DNA from: Amoeboaphelidium occidentale
Lineage: Eukaryota
DNA length: 20,000 nucleotides
Assembly: GCA_023515795.1 (NCBI GenBank)
Contig: JALGPX010000041.1
Span: forward strand, 61,525-81,524
Direction: 5' to 3'
Shown here: positions 1 through 11,073 of the stretch, in pieces
Layout of the letters: each line of letters starts with the position of its first letter
How positions within the stretch are numbered: the first letter of the stretch is position 1
Program-made: the position numbers and the translations under genes
Notes under the pieces: model-generated
What the model saw: only the letters and a program-made list of their open reading frames with translations
The model's database searches: none
What the model was told of the DNA's origin: nothing

Positions 1-108
1 TAATTCGACAGCGTTTGTGTGTATTTGGCAAAGCTTAACTGTTTGCGTCCATGAAACAGCGACTTAAAAACGGAAGCATTTTCACGTTTCACATTTTCAA
101 CTTGGAAA

Positions 109-1252
109 ATGTCAGTTGGAATACCACAAGACATTCAAAAGGATATTTTTGAGCAACAGAGACTAGTAGCAAGAAATTACAGATTGATGGGATATCAAAC
201 CAAGTCAGAGCATAGAGAGGTTCTTCGGTTGCTTGATATTGTCTGATCCTTAGAGCCCTGAAGAAGAACATGATGATGATGATCACAATAATGAAAATGA
301 TTTAAATGGTCAGAACGATAAACAGAAGCAGCAGAAAAGCTTAGCAGAAGGCTATATGGGCGGGAGACAAACCGAGCATTCAAAGACCAAACAGGTTTGT
401 TTCAAATACCGCGAATTTGATGAGATCTTAGAAGAAGCAAGAGGATTCTGAAGAAGGAATCGTTACGGAATGTTTCACTGTACCTGTTACGTTAATGCAC
501 CCTGTTGGTCAGACTGCGAACTTGTCTAAAGAAGGGCTGGAGAATCCTGGTTTGCCCCGTTTTCATGCTGCTGCCACAAAGGAACACCCACAAGGAACAG
601 AAGGACATCCGACTACACGTTCAGTTTTGCAACAACATGTTGATTTCTTTGATCGTGATAAGGATGGTATCATCACTGTAAGCATCGCTTCAAAGTCTTT
701 GCTTGACTTAGTTTGTAGATGTCAGAGACTTTTGCTGGTTTCAGGGCATTGGGCTTTAATGTTCTGTTCTCCTTGTTGGCAGTTTTTGTAATTCATTCAG
801 GATTTGCTTTGGTCGCAGGTTTCAAGCCGTGGTATTCGCCATTGTTTGATCCATTCTTTCGTTTGCAAATATCCAAAATTCACAGGGGAAAGCACGGAAG
901 CGATACAGGAGTATTTGATACTGAAGGTCGTTTTGTCCCGCAGAGATTTGAAGAGTTGTGGTACAAATGGAAGAGATCAGCTGGTAAAGAAGGTCAAGTA
1001 CATAAAGATGATCATGATTACCTGACATTGAGAGAAGTCTATGATATGACCCAGGGAATGTGGAATGCTTTAGATTTTTATGGTTGGTATGCAGCAAAGT
1101 TTGAATGGTTTACCACTTGGTTGTTGTGCGCGGATGAGAAGGGAAGATTGCGCAAGGAAAGTGTACGCGGTGTTTACGACGGTAGTTTGTTCTACAAGAT
1201 GGAAGAGCAGCAGAAGCAGCGTAGAAGATACAAAGCAGGAAAGAATAACTAA
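109..1252 (+). CDS. Caleosin/peroxygenase (lipid-droplet EF-hand protein), 4 exons: 109-219, 254-394, 432-677, 719-1252; about 343 aa
   Basis: SVLQQHVDFFDRDKDGII (heme His plus EF-hand) splices in frame to MSETFAGFRALGFN, followed by a hydrophobic segment with a proline knot (PWYSPLFDPFF), HRGKHGSDTGVFDTEGRFVPQRFEE and VRGVYDGSLFY. GT-AG introns 220-253, 395-431 and 678-718 all keep the frame. The first two exons are less certain than the core. Confidence 0.92.
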
Positions 1253-1328
1253 ATATATCACAGCTTTTGAAATAAAACAGGAAATTCTTTTAAATCGTTT
1301 CATTTTGTCGCGTTGTTTCAAGGATAAG

Positions 1329-2314
1329 ATGAAGCTCAAGGCTGACTTTGCGAACTTGCCGCTGCTTCATAAAACCATTTTATGCTGCGACAAGTGGATT
1401 CCTAAAAAGGCGGACGTTCAAATTGCTTTTATGCCTGGAAAAGTGAAAATCTTCACTTCGAGCCAGGATGGCCTTTACGCTTGCGCTGAATTGAACGCTG
1501 AGCATATTCTAGAAAATTACATTATTCAATCGAAGAACAATGACACTATTTGGATGGAACTCCAACTGCAACCGTTCCTGGCATGTCTGAAGACGCTTAG
1601 CTCCTGTTCGAACATTCAAATCCAACTGATTAAGAAAGACAGAGCACCGTATCTTCAGTTTCAAAGCAAAAAGCGCATAAATTTTGTTGCGTCTAATACG
1701 GCCAATAATGCGGGCGCTGGCAGGGCAATGGGATTAGCCGAGAGTCCTTCGTCCCGGTTAATGCAGTCCGAAACTCAAGTTGATTTGGTTCACGACGTTG
1801 CATGCAAGCTTTTGAGCAAAGCAGAGTCTGATTACTTGGTACTTCCTGAGCTGCCAGAATTCAAGATTCTCATAATGTTACCTTCAGTTTCTACACTTAA
1901 AACGATCATAGATCGCATGAAGAAGTTGTCTGATACAATTGATCTGTCTGTGAATTATCGTGGACAGCTGAATATTTCCATTTCAAACATTCACTTCAAC
2001 GTTTCAACTTACTTTAGGAATCTAATTCATCCCCGTGTTGGTAAGAAAACTTAGTTTCATGTTTATAACTTTGTTTAGTTGGTTCTAATAGGAACAATGA
2101 TCAAAGGACAAGGCCTGATGAGTTTGTAACGACTAGAGTTCAATCGTTTGCTCTACAGCAATTCCTTCAATGTGATATGTTGCAGCCACCTCAAGTTGTT
2201 TGTTGCAGCTATGGAGAGAAAGGCGTATTGATGAACGTGTATCTGTCATCTTTGGAAGATCAAAATAAGGTTGGCGTGTTGACCTTTCTAATACCAGGAA
2301 TGCTGATAGATTAA
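1329..2314 (+). CDS. HUS1: Checkpoint clamp 9-1-1 subunit Hus1/Mec3, exons 1329-2040 and 2079-2314; about 315 aa
   Basis: MKLKA start, Y.IQSKNND.IWMEL, L.KKDRAPYL, HDV, IMLPSV..LK.IIDRMKKLSD, VSTYFRNL.HP, and C-terminal LTFLIPG after removing the intron 2041-2078 (GTAAGA...TTTAG). Confidence 0.88.
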
Positions 2315-2383
2315 GATCTCAAAAATATATATTATACTAAATGTACTGTTTTAAGTGCTAGCTGTGATGTTTACTTCAAACCA

Positions 2384-4711
2384 TTATTGATTCGCTCGAA
2401 TTTGCGACAGATCTTGTTCATCGCCATCCTCTGCTAAACCAAGTGGTCTGTATTCGGGGCCCCTGTTGAGAAGAGCGAATGAAGTTCCTGGAGATCTTAG
2501 CGGAGAGCTACTGCGCCGCTGTGTTTCTTCAAGCATGAATGCCTCTTCAATGTTCTCTTGTGCGTTTTCGGCTTTTGATTTTTTCGCTTTGCGCACAATA
2601 AGAATCGATCCAATTAGACCGAGTACTACAATAGAGATAAAAATGCCGACAGGAGTCTTGTAGTTTGTCACCCACTCGGCCCAATTGTCATCTGAAACCT
2701 TGTCCTTGTCTTTTTCGTCCGATGCTTGGTCGTTCTCGTCTGATGGAGAAAAAGGTTCGCTATGATTGTTCTCAGACTCGCCATGCAGTGTAAGGAACCA
2801 ATTCTTCAAAACTCCTTTCGAAGCAGGATTAAAGTTGTCTGTTATTCTAAGAGTCCATGTTCCAACAGGGTTCTCTTCCCAATGCTTCACTGTCAAAAAT
2901 GTCCAATTCTTAAACCCAGCTTTGCTTCGATCAACAGGTCTCCTTGGTCCTATATTGGACACGATATTGTTTGGAGAAATAAGAACTATGTCCAAATCTC
3001 CTCTGCATTCGTGATCAATAGTCACTGTGACTGTAACATGCTCCAGACGCTTCATTTTTACTGCTTCGATATCTGCTTGGGTTATCGTTATTGTAGAATT
3101 TAAACCAATTTCATTATTGGGTATAGGTTGAATAGCTGTAACTGCCTTTGATTCGAATTTTGTTCCCTTGTTCACTAACGTCCAATTCTTAGCAGCCTCA
3201 ACTACAGTATATGCATCGAGTTTTCCGTAAGCAAACTTGTGTGAATACCATCTGCCAGCGTATGTTTGCTGCCAGTCACCGTCTGGGTCTTCAGTTCTGA
3301 ATGGCACTGCCCCTCTGATAGTTAAATGTTGGACATCTCGCCAAGTCAAATCTTTCCTGACCGAGAGAACCAAAGCAAGTATTCCGACACCTATTGGCGC
3401 TGCAGCAGATGTGCCGCCGTGATTAGATGTGCATTTGTTAGCCCCAATATCTGTTGTGAAAATCGCCTTTGGACCTCCGCTGCTGTATGTGACAGCTAAA
3501 TGAGCACTGCATTGTTCCGAGTATTGAGGATGATCATTGTGTTGATCAATCGCTCCTATGGATATTGTGTACATTGAGTTTGTATAACCGTCATAATTGC
3601 AGTTATCAGAGAAATAACCACCATTTCCTGTAGCAAAAACGAACAACGAACCTTTTCCTCCTCTTCCGTTCTTAATTCCTTTCAGAATCGCATTGTAAAC
3701 CAACTCATTGGGGCCTTCGCAATGCTGACCATCGTCTGAAGGACCCCAAGAACAGCTGTATATATCATTGATTTGATTACCATAATTCAATGCAATAGCT
3801 TCGTCAACGTCTGTTATCGGACCACCAAGAATTCTTAGACCTGAAACCTTGGCACCATAAGCTACTCCAACACCACAAACGGAATTAGGAACAGCTGCTA
3901 TTTCTCCTGCACATCGAGTACCATGATAATCGTCTCGCAAACGCGGTAAAGGCAATTTTGTCCTGGCGTTGAAATCATAAGAACCTTCAGCACAAAAATT
4001 ATCCTTCAGGTCTTCATGATTCGCATCAACACCATCGTCAATTACTGCCACAGTAACGCCTGTGCCGGTAATTCCTTGAGCCCAAACATCAGTAACATTA
4101 ACGTCAGCTTCCCTATTCACCCTGTTAACCAAATGCCATTGATTTCCAAAACCTGGATCATTGATCCCCAGACCCTTCGTAACTCCATCAACATAATCCA
4201 GAGACTTTGGGTAAAAATCTCCTCGTTTTGATAATACTTTTGGCTTTTGGTATAATGACCACTGAACATGTGGATGATCTTCAAGTAATTCCACAAGATT
4301 CTGACTTTCCGATTGTATAGGCCATCGAACAAGATAGTGTCCCTCCAAAGCTCCAATTTGTCCCACGATTTCCATAGAATGATCGTCCAAGTAATTCTGG
4401 ATTTTCCGCGCTATGGAATGATAGTGATACATCTTTAGTCGAATCTGCGAGTCTTGCCTCTCCTCCTCGTCTGATAAAGCTGATGGTAGCTGCCCTGTCC
4501 ACTTTAAAACAGGATGCCATAACTGCAAACGATGCAAGTCTACATGGTCCAGGTCTTCGAGCTTGATAGCAGCGTAATGATACTGATCAACGTCTGGCGG
4601 GTGGTTTTGCACAACTTTAAAGCAGGCCGCATATCTCAGGAGCGACAGTAGTAATACTATTGTGATAGTGTATAAAGAATTGCTCTTCTGCGGAAAGCCA
4701 CCCAACATCAT
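2384..4711 (-). CDS. KEX2: Kexin/furin-like subtilisin proprotein convertase, intronless; about 775 aa
   Basis: Hydrophobic N-terminus, prodomain ending in LSKR, catalytic motifs VIDDG, HGTRCAGEI, GNGG and GTSAAAP, P-domain with RGD, a TM helix, and a cytosolic tail with YRPL and an acidic cluster. The first ATG is at 4711; the ORF-track start at 4789 is TTG. Confidence 0.95.
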   Translation of the reverse strand: MMLGGFPQKSNSLYTITIVLLLSLLRYAACFKVVQNHPPDVDQYHYAAIKLEDLDHVDLHRLQLWHPVLKWTGQLPSALSDEEERQDSQIRLKMYHYHSIARKIQNYLDDHSMEIVGQIGALEGHYLVRWPIQSESQNLVELLEDHPHVQWSLYQKPKVLSKRGDFYPKSLDYVDGVTKGLGINDPGFGNQWHLVNRVNREADVNVTDVWAQGITGTGVTVAVIDDGVDANHEDLKDNFCAEGSYDFNARTKLPLPRLRDDYHGTRCAGEIAAVPNSVCGVGVAYGAKVSGLRILGGPITDVDEAIALNYGNQINDIYSCSWGPSDDGQHCEGPNELVYNAILKGIKNGRGGKGSLFVFATGNGGYFSDNCNYDGYTNSMYTISIGAIDQHNDHPQYSEQCSAHLAVTYSSGGPKAIFTTDIGANKCTSNHGGTSAAAPIGVGILALVLSVRKDLTWRDVQHLTIRGAVPFRTEDPDGDWQQTYAGRWYSHKFAYGKLDAYTVVEAAKNWTLVNKGTKFESKAVTAIQPIPNNEIGLNSTITITQADIEAVKMKRLEHVTVTVTIDHECRGDLDIVLISPNNIVSNIGPRRPVDRSKAGFKNWTFLTVKHWEENPVGTWTLRITDNFNPASKGVLKNWFLTLHGESENNHSEPFSPSDENDQASDEKDKDKVSDDNWAEWVTNYKTPVGIFISIVVLGLIGSILIVRKAKKSKAENAQENIEEAFMLEETQRRSSSPLRSPGTSFALLNRGPEYRPLGLAEDGDEQDLSQIRANQ

Positions 4712-4816
4712 TGTTTGAACGAAAAATCCAACCAAGCAAAGATGATTGGTAATGTGACACAGATTCAGGCTCTGACATTTAGCGCACAATTGTAAACGCG
4801 CAAGTTATTTTATTGC

Positions 4817-6594
4817 TCAATGACCATGTGGGTCTTCTTCTCTTCTTGGAGGGTCAATTTTTATCATATCGTCGATACGAAGGATAGATATTGCAGCCTC
4901 GGTGGCAGCCTTCAACGATTTGATTTTTGACATTGCTGGTTCTAAGACACCAAACTTCAAGTTGTTACGCACCTCGCCCTTGATTAAATCCAAACCATAC
5001 CACTTCAATTCCTTCTTGTTCTCGTCAACACCAACAAGCTGAGATGTGTGGTGGAATGAGCGTAATTTTGCAACCAATTCCGTCGCATCTTTGGCAGCAT
5101 TAACAGCCAATGTTTTTGGAATAACTAGTAACGCATTAGCATATTCAGCAATTGCTAATTGTTCTCTTGAAGCCAATGTGGTTGCAAAATTTTCCAAATA
5201 AATTGACACTGCTGTTTCGACTGCGCCACCACCTGGAACGACTGCATTGCTTTCCAATGTTCTTTTAATCACGCATAGAACATCGTGTAAACTTCTTTCC
5301 ATTTCATCCAAGGCAAAGTCATTAGCGCCTCTTAAAATAATACTGGCCGAACTTTGAGCCTTAAACGTTAGTTTGATAATTCACGAAATGTACCTTTGTT
5401 CCTTTAATTAAGATGCATTCATCATCAGAGATACGCTCCTGGACTACTTCTTCTGCGGCACCTAAGAATGATGCTTCAAAGGTTTCTTCTCCTTCCAAGT
5501 TGGCCAAACTTGAAACAACTGTTGCGCCTGTAGCTTTAGCAATACGTTGCAAGTCTTCCATTTTGACACGACGAACAGCCATTGCACCAGCGTCAACAAA
5601 CAATTTCAAGCACATGTCGTCAATGCCCTTTGTGGTCAAGACAACATTAGCTCCAGCGTCCAAGATCTTCTTGATCCTTTCAATGGTAATATCAGCCTCT
5701 CGTTTACGGATATCTTCCAACTTTTCAGGATCATCAATAACAATATGAACACCTAAATGCATTCTGGCTTTCATAAGGTTCATGTCTAAGCACGCAATCT
5801 TGGCGTTTGAAATCTTGGTCTTCATTCCTTGAGCAGCAATTGTACAATTTAAAGCGTAACCTTTAACAAGCATAGAGTCTCTGACACCTTTTCCGTGAGC
5901 CTTAAGAACATTGACGCTCTTTACAGGATACTTTGTCTCACCACGAGGGTTTGTGTGCTTCACGGAGAGCATTGCATCAACAGCCATCTCAGCAAAGAAG
6001 TCAGACTCTCTAACAAATTAAAAGACACTAGAAAACCATCGCAACTTACGAGCCAATAATCTTTGAGGACATTGAAGTCTTTGCAGCATTGATTAAACAT
6101 TCTCTACCTAACGCATCGACACGAACAGCCAAATGTTCCGCAATGAACTTGCAAGCCTCCTTAACAGCCAAACGGTATCCAGTGATAATCGTAGTTGGAT
6201 GAATTTTGTTGCGTACCAACTCTGCAGCGCGTTTAAGAAGTTCAGCTGCAACGATTACAACACTTGTCGTGCCATCGCCAACTTCCTTGTCTTGCTGATG
6301 AGCCAATTCAACCAACACCTTTCCGGCAGGATGCTCTACTTCCAGTAGACCTAAAATGGTTGCACCATCGTTAGAAATTGTGACATCCCCAATATCGTCC
6401 ACCAACATTTTGTCCAAGCCAACTGGCCCAAGGGATGATTTAAGAATGTTTGCAACAGCGGATACCGCCATGACTATTCAAGATTAAACCTCTAAGCATT
6501 CAATTAAATTCAAATTACCGTTCTGCATGCGCACATCGCTTCCGGTTATACGTTCTCCTGATAATGGCAGCGTAGCTTGTTGAACAGCAGACAT
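4817..6594 (-). CDS. CCT1: T-complex protein 1 alpha (CCT-alpha), exons 6594-6519, 6473-6050, 6009-5394, 5359-4817; about 552 aa
   Basis: SSLGPVGLDKMLVDDIGDVTISNDGATIL, GDGTTSVV, VVPGGGAVE and EAAISILRIDD. Introns 6474-6518, 6010-6049 and 5360-5393 join the ORF fragments in frame. Confidence 0.97.
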
Positions 6595-7058
6595 TTTACT
6601 CGCGAGTAACAAAAGGAGGCGTTCAGATTCTATTTATTTCGAACGCGAAGCCGTTTCAGATTTCTAGAGTGCGTACCAAGTATTTAAGCCGGAAAAGTAT
6701 GACGGCGCATATATTGATGGAGTGGCCGCCGCAGGGTAGGATTCTATTGGCATTAAACGTAACACTTTGCCCTTTATGCGTATCTAAGTCAATGAAACTT
6801 TATGGCAAGATAGTATCTGGCTTCTTACAACTTGTTTAACGCTACATGGCTTTTATCAAGAAGCGCACCTATTGTAACAAGCCTCGCAAGACCGAGCTCT
6901 GCTTATTACACACTTTCCCCCTACAAGACCTTCGTGTGTACCCTTCCAATAGAGGCACGTACTAAATGCCCTTCTTACACAAATTTATAATTTTAATTAG
7001 CCCTCTAAAGCATCCCACGATGAAACAATCCATATGAGATTTTCTTGATCAAAATCAG

Positions 7059-8538
7059 ATGGTCGAACAAGAATACTTCGATGAAGAAGAAGATGAAGTC
7101 AGCGTGCCATTACAGGCGCTTTTGATATCCCAATTCGCTTCGATGCTTTACGAATTGCCGTTCGAAGTCGCTCAAGTTCTGGTGCAAATTCAATCTTTGC
7201 CACGCCCTAAAGACATTGACCAAATTCAACTGTTGGAGGATAAGCAGCGCAAAGAAACCGAGAACACTCAATGGGATGCTTACGGAGATGCAAACGACGA
7301 TGACGTCAACGACACAAGCTCCGATGAGTACGAAGGCTACACCAGAGGAAACACTGATAATGACGCATTTAAACCAGAAGTTATCACAAGGAACATTGAA
7401 GTTGACACGGAAGGGTACATTCTTCCAGTTAACAACGCCAGGCCCCGTTATCAAATACCGCCATTACGGGCAGGTATTTGGTCCACTATTGGAAGAGTCT
7501 GCGCATTTAAACATGAAGGATTATTGTCGTTATGGAAAGGTTCTTATTTGCTTTAGAGATCTTATTTTAGGCATAACGCCGTTCTATTTCTTAAGTACTG
7601 GGCGTTCAATAGTTCAGCCTTACATGGAAGATCAACTCAATGCATTCTTTGAATTATATGACCCTTCGATTGTCCCGCTCGCTTTACAAACAAACTTTTG
7701 GCCAAATCTTGGCACATCTGTTTTATCACACGCTGTAACAGGATTTATGTTGAGTCCTTTGGATATGCTTCGTATACAGTGAGTGTCTTGGTGATTTCTT
7801 TTGCTTACTTGTTTTAGTTTCATTGCTCAAACAGTTGATCCTTTGCATATGCCACTTAAATCATACTCTGATGCCATTGACAAAATCATTCTTCCTGGCA
7901 CTGTGGGACTTCCGTTAAAGTACAAACTCAAAATTTTATTTAAGAATTTATACCCTTATCCTTTCCTCACAGCGTGGTACAGTTGTTTACCAGCGTTATG
8001 CAGATCGTTGTCGCAAGTATTTCTGTCTAGGGTTCTCAAAGTCACATTGAAAAGTCATCCTCTGCTGTATTCATTGTCTCTGTTTGGTATGCAAACCATT
8101 GAGTTGTTGATCATGTCGCCTTTGGAAACCATTTACAGAAGAATGTTGGTTTGTGGTAAGCGAAACAGGATGCTCAAAATAGATGGCGTGGAAATTGAGG
8201 AGAGCAAGAGCGAAGATACCAGGCTAAGAGCAAGCTGTGTTAATTTGGTTTCTCAGGAATACAAGTCATCCTGGGATTGTTTTATAAGGATACTGACTGA
8301 GGAAGCAATCGGCGTAGAGTATGCTATTGATTATAATTCAGATTTGGAGGTTTCATCACCTCGCAAACTTCATTCTAAGAGCAAGAAGCCAAATCATTTA
8401 AGATGGGGATTCTTAGGAGGTGTTGCTCAGTTATACAGGGGATTTTGGCTCAAAACAACATGGAATGCGACTATTTGCATGTTCTCCTTTGTTAGCGGCC
8501 TTGATATCGGAGAAGAATCAGATTATTTTTACTTTTAG
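7059..8538 (+). CDS. UGO1: Ugo1/SLC25A46-like mitochondrial outer-membrane fusion protein (degenerate carrier family), exons 7059-7539, 7571-7778, 7818-8538; about 469 aa
   Basis: Carrier-signature motifs PFEVAQVLVQ, EGLLSLWKG, SPLDMLR, SPLETIYRRM and LYRGFW, with a long acidic insert after the first motif as in Ugo1. Introns at 7540-7570 and 7779-7817. The start codon is uncertain; there is an in-frame TGA at 7035. Confidence 0.75.
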
Positions 8539-8611
8539 ACCAAAAAATAAACATGAAAGAAAATATTTTGTCCAGATAGTTACCATCCGCTAATCATTTT
8601 CTTTATTCTTT

Positions 8612-10012
8612 TTAGTTCACAACTTCAGTAATAACACCAGTTCCAACAGTCTTGCCACCATCACGAACAGTGAATCTTCCACCCTTCTCGATAGCAATTT
8701 CAGTGATTAAATCAATTGTGACTTCGACATTGTCACCAGGCATAACCATTTGAACGCTGTCTGGCAAATTGATAACGCAAGTTACATCTGCAGTTCTCGT
8801 GAATAATTGAGGTCTGTAGTTGCTGACGAAAGGAGTGTGTCTGCCTCCTTCTTCTTTTGTCAAAGCATACAACTGTGCCTTGAACTTCTTCTGAGACTGA
8901 ATTGAACCAGGCTTAGCTAGAACCATACCACGTCTAATCTGGTCTCTCTTGACACCACGCAAAAGAATACCCAAATTATCACCAGCCTCTCCTCGTTCTA
9001 ATTCTTTGTGGAACATTTCCAAACCAGTAACAGCACACTTCAACTTTGAACCAAAGCCAACAACTTCAACTTCCTCGCCTTTCAAAACTGTTCCACGCTC
9101 TACACGACCAGTGACAACAGTTCCTCTTCCTTCAATAGAGTGAACGTCTTCAACAGCTTGCAAGAAAGGCATATCAAGAGCTCTCTACGGTATTAAGGCG
9201 TTTTATCAGAAAGAAATATACCTTTGGCGTTTCAATCCAGTTGTCAACAGCATTCATCAACTCCATGATCTTGTTCTTACCAATATCATCCTTCTCGCCG
9301 TTAAGAGCAGCCAACGCACTACCGCAAACAATTGGAGTATTTTCTCCATCAAAGCCGTACTGAGCCAACAAATCTCTCAATTCCATCTCGACAATTTCCA
9401 ACATTTCAGGATCATCGATCTGATCAACCTTGTTTACAAACACAACGATACGACCAACACCAACTTGCTTTGCCAACAGTAAATGTTCACGTGTCTGAGG
9501 CATAGCACCGTCAGTAGCTGCGACAACAATAATTGCACCGTCCATCTGAGCTGCACCGGTGATCGCATTCTTGATGTAATCAGCGTGACCAGGACAATCA
9601 ACATGACCATAATGTCTAACATAATGTAAGGAATCATTAAACAAATTAAAGGAAACCTCTTTGCAGTTTCGTATTCAATGTGCGCCGTGTTGATGGTGAT
9701 TCCTCTCTTCCTTTCTTCAGGGGCATTGTCGATTTCATTGTAAGCCCTGGCCTTAGCTTGACCCTTCTCGCTGAGCACTTTAGTAATTGCAGCTGTTAGT
9801 GTTGTCTTGCCGTGATCAACTAAGAATCGAAAGAATTTATCAGTCGCTCCCTATGACGAATTACCGTGTCCAATTGTGCCAACATTCACGTGCGGCTTTT
9901 TACGCTCAAACTTCTTTGCAGCTTCCGCAGAGTAGAAACGCACAACGGAAGCGTTCTTCCCCGTTACGGCCTGTTTAAAACACGCAGATGATTTCAAAAG
10001 TCTGAATATCAT
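8612..10012 (-). CDS. TUF1: Mitochondrial elongation factor Tu, exons 10012-9865, 9819-9657, 9615-9222, 9184-8612; about 425 aa
   Basis: Presequence-like [61 protein letters not shown] and EEGGRHTPF. Introns at 9820-9864, 9616-9656 and 9185-9221. Confidence 0.97.
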
Positions 10013-10038
10013 TCACTGAAATTTTTTTCGATTCACAG

Positions 10039-11042
10039 ATGGCAAGTCGCCGTGTTCTACAGAATCAGCGGATACGCTCAATATGCGCAACAATAACGCA
10101 GCGTATACAGGCTGATATTCATGATCACATTAAAGCGATATTTTCTGTGGGCAAATTGATGGGTGATCGGTCGCTTGAGGATGTTATTGGTCATGATCTT
10201 GAAGGCAACATCTTATCAAAGTATTTTTAAACATGGTATCTAAGGCGCTAATACTCTAAAGGGTTTCAAAGAATTCTGTTGAAAATATCACGCTGATATC
10301 GCGAGTGTGTGGGATCCCAGTAGGCGCATACAAGAGAAAGAAGGACGCTGTCGCTGCGCTTGTCGAAAGGATATGCACGGCTTTACGAAATCACGCAAAC
10401 CAGGCGTCCAGGCCTATGATATCGATAGATGTTGGTGTTAAAAATATGGCTGTTGCTCATTACAGATACCCTGACTTTCACGTCCAGCAATTATACCTGA
10501 CAAATTTACAGGCTGATTCTACTTTCTCCGGACGCACTTTGCCGGCTGAATATGCCAGAAAGGTTCTGGAATTTGTTGAGATGATTAATGCGAAAGTTTC
10601 AAGTAGTCCTTATGATTCTGAACCATTATACTTGATCGAACAACAAATGCAAAAACAAAATGTCAAATGCTGCATTATTGAAGCTCAATTGCACGCTTAT
10701 CTTTATCCTAAATGTATTTCTATTTCCCCAAGATCTGTATCAACTTATTTTGATTTGACATCTCTCCCAAAGAACTTGGAATTTGAGTCGAGATTCAACT
10801 TGGATGTTGATGCTTACCTGGAGAAGCCTATTGCAAAGTCTTACTTTAAAAAGAAAGTTACCGTCGAATTAATCAAGAATTTGTTACATCATGATGTCTT
10901 GACGGCTGATGAATGCGTTTACAAAGCGTTCAATGTTGAGAAGAAGGATGATTTTGCAGATGCTATACTCAACGGCGTAGCTTTTCTGTTATGGGAAAGG
11001 AAATTGGTTTCACTGGGATTACAAATATTAACTGGAAAATAG
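10039..11042 (+). CDS. CCE1: Cce1/Ydc2-like (RuvC/RNase H fold) mitochondrial Holliday-junction resolvase, exons 10039-10220 and 10262-11042; about 320 aa
   Basis: Catalytic motifs ISIDVGVKNMA, LIEQQ and KKDDFADAIL; SAP-like CGIPVG..KKD.V..LVERI segment; Arg-rich presequence-like N-terminus. Intron 10221-10261 (GTATTT..GCTAAT..AAG) joins the two ORFs in frame. Confidence 0.8.
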
Positions 11043-11073
11043 AAAGATCTTCATTAGAGTTTAATAATCATAC

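Noticed and set aside
1080..1328. HUS1 frame open upstream through the caleosin 3' end (apparent overlap)
   Set aside because: The start is TTG, and Hus1 homology begins at MKLKA (ATG 1329).
4712..4789. 26-aa extension of the KEX2 ORF
   Set aside because: TTG start; ATG 4711 places the hydrophobic signal near the N-terminus.
6797..6840. U2 snRNA-like wording (TGGCAAGATAGTATCTGGCTTCTTA)
   Set aside because: Lacks the intact GTGTAGTA branch-pairing sequence, the conserved U2 5' end and a properly placed Sm site; probably coincidence.
8612..10012. Bacterial tuf contamination or recent HGT
   Set aside because: It has three spliceosomal introns and a mitochondrial presequence, so it is the ordinary nuclear-encoded mitochondrial EF-Tu.
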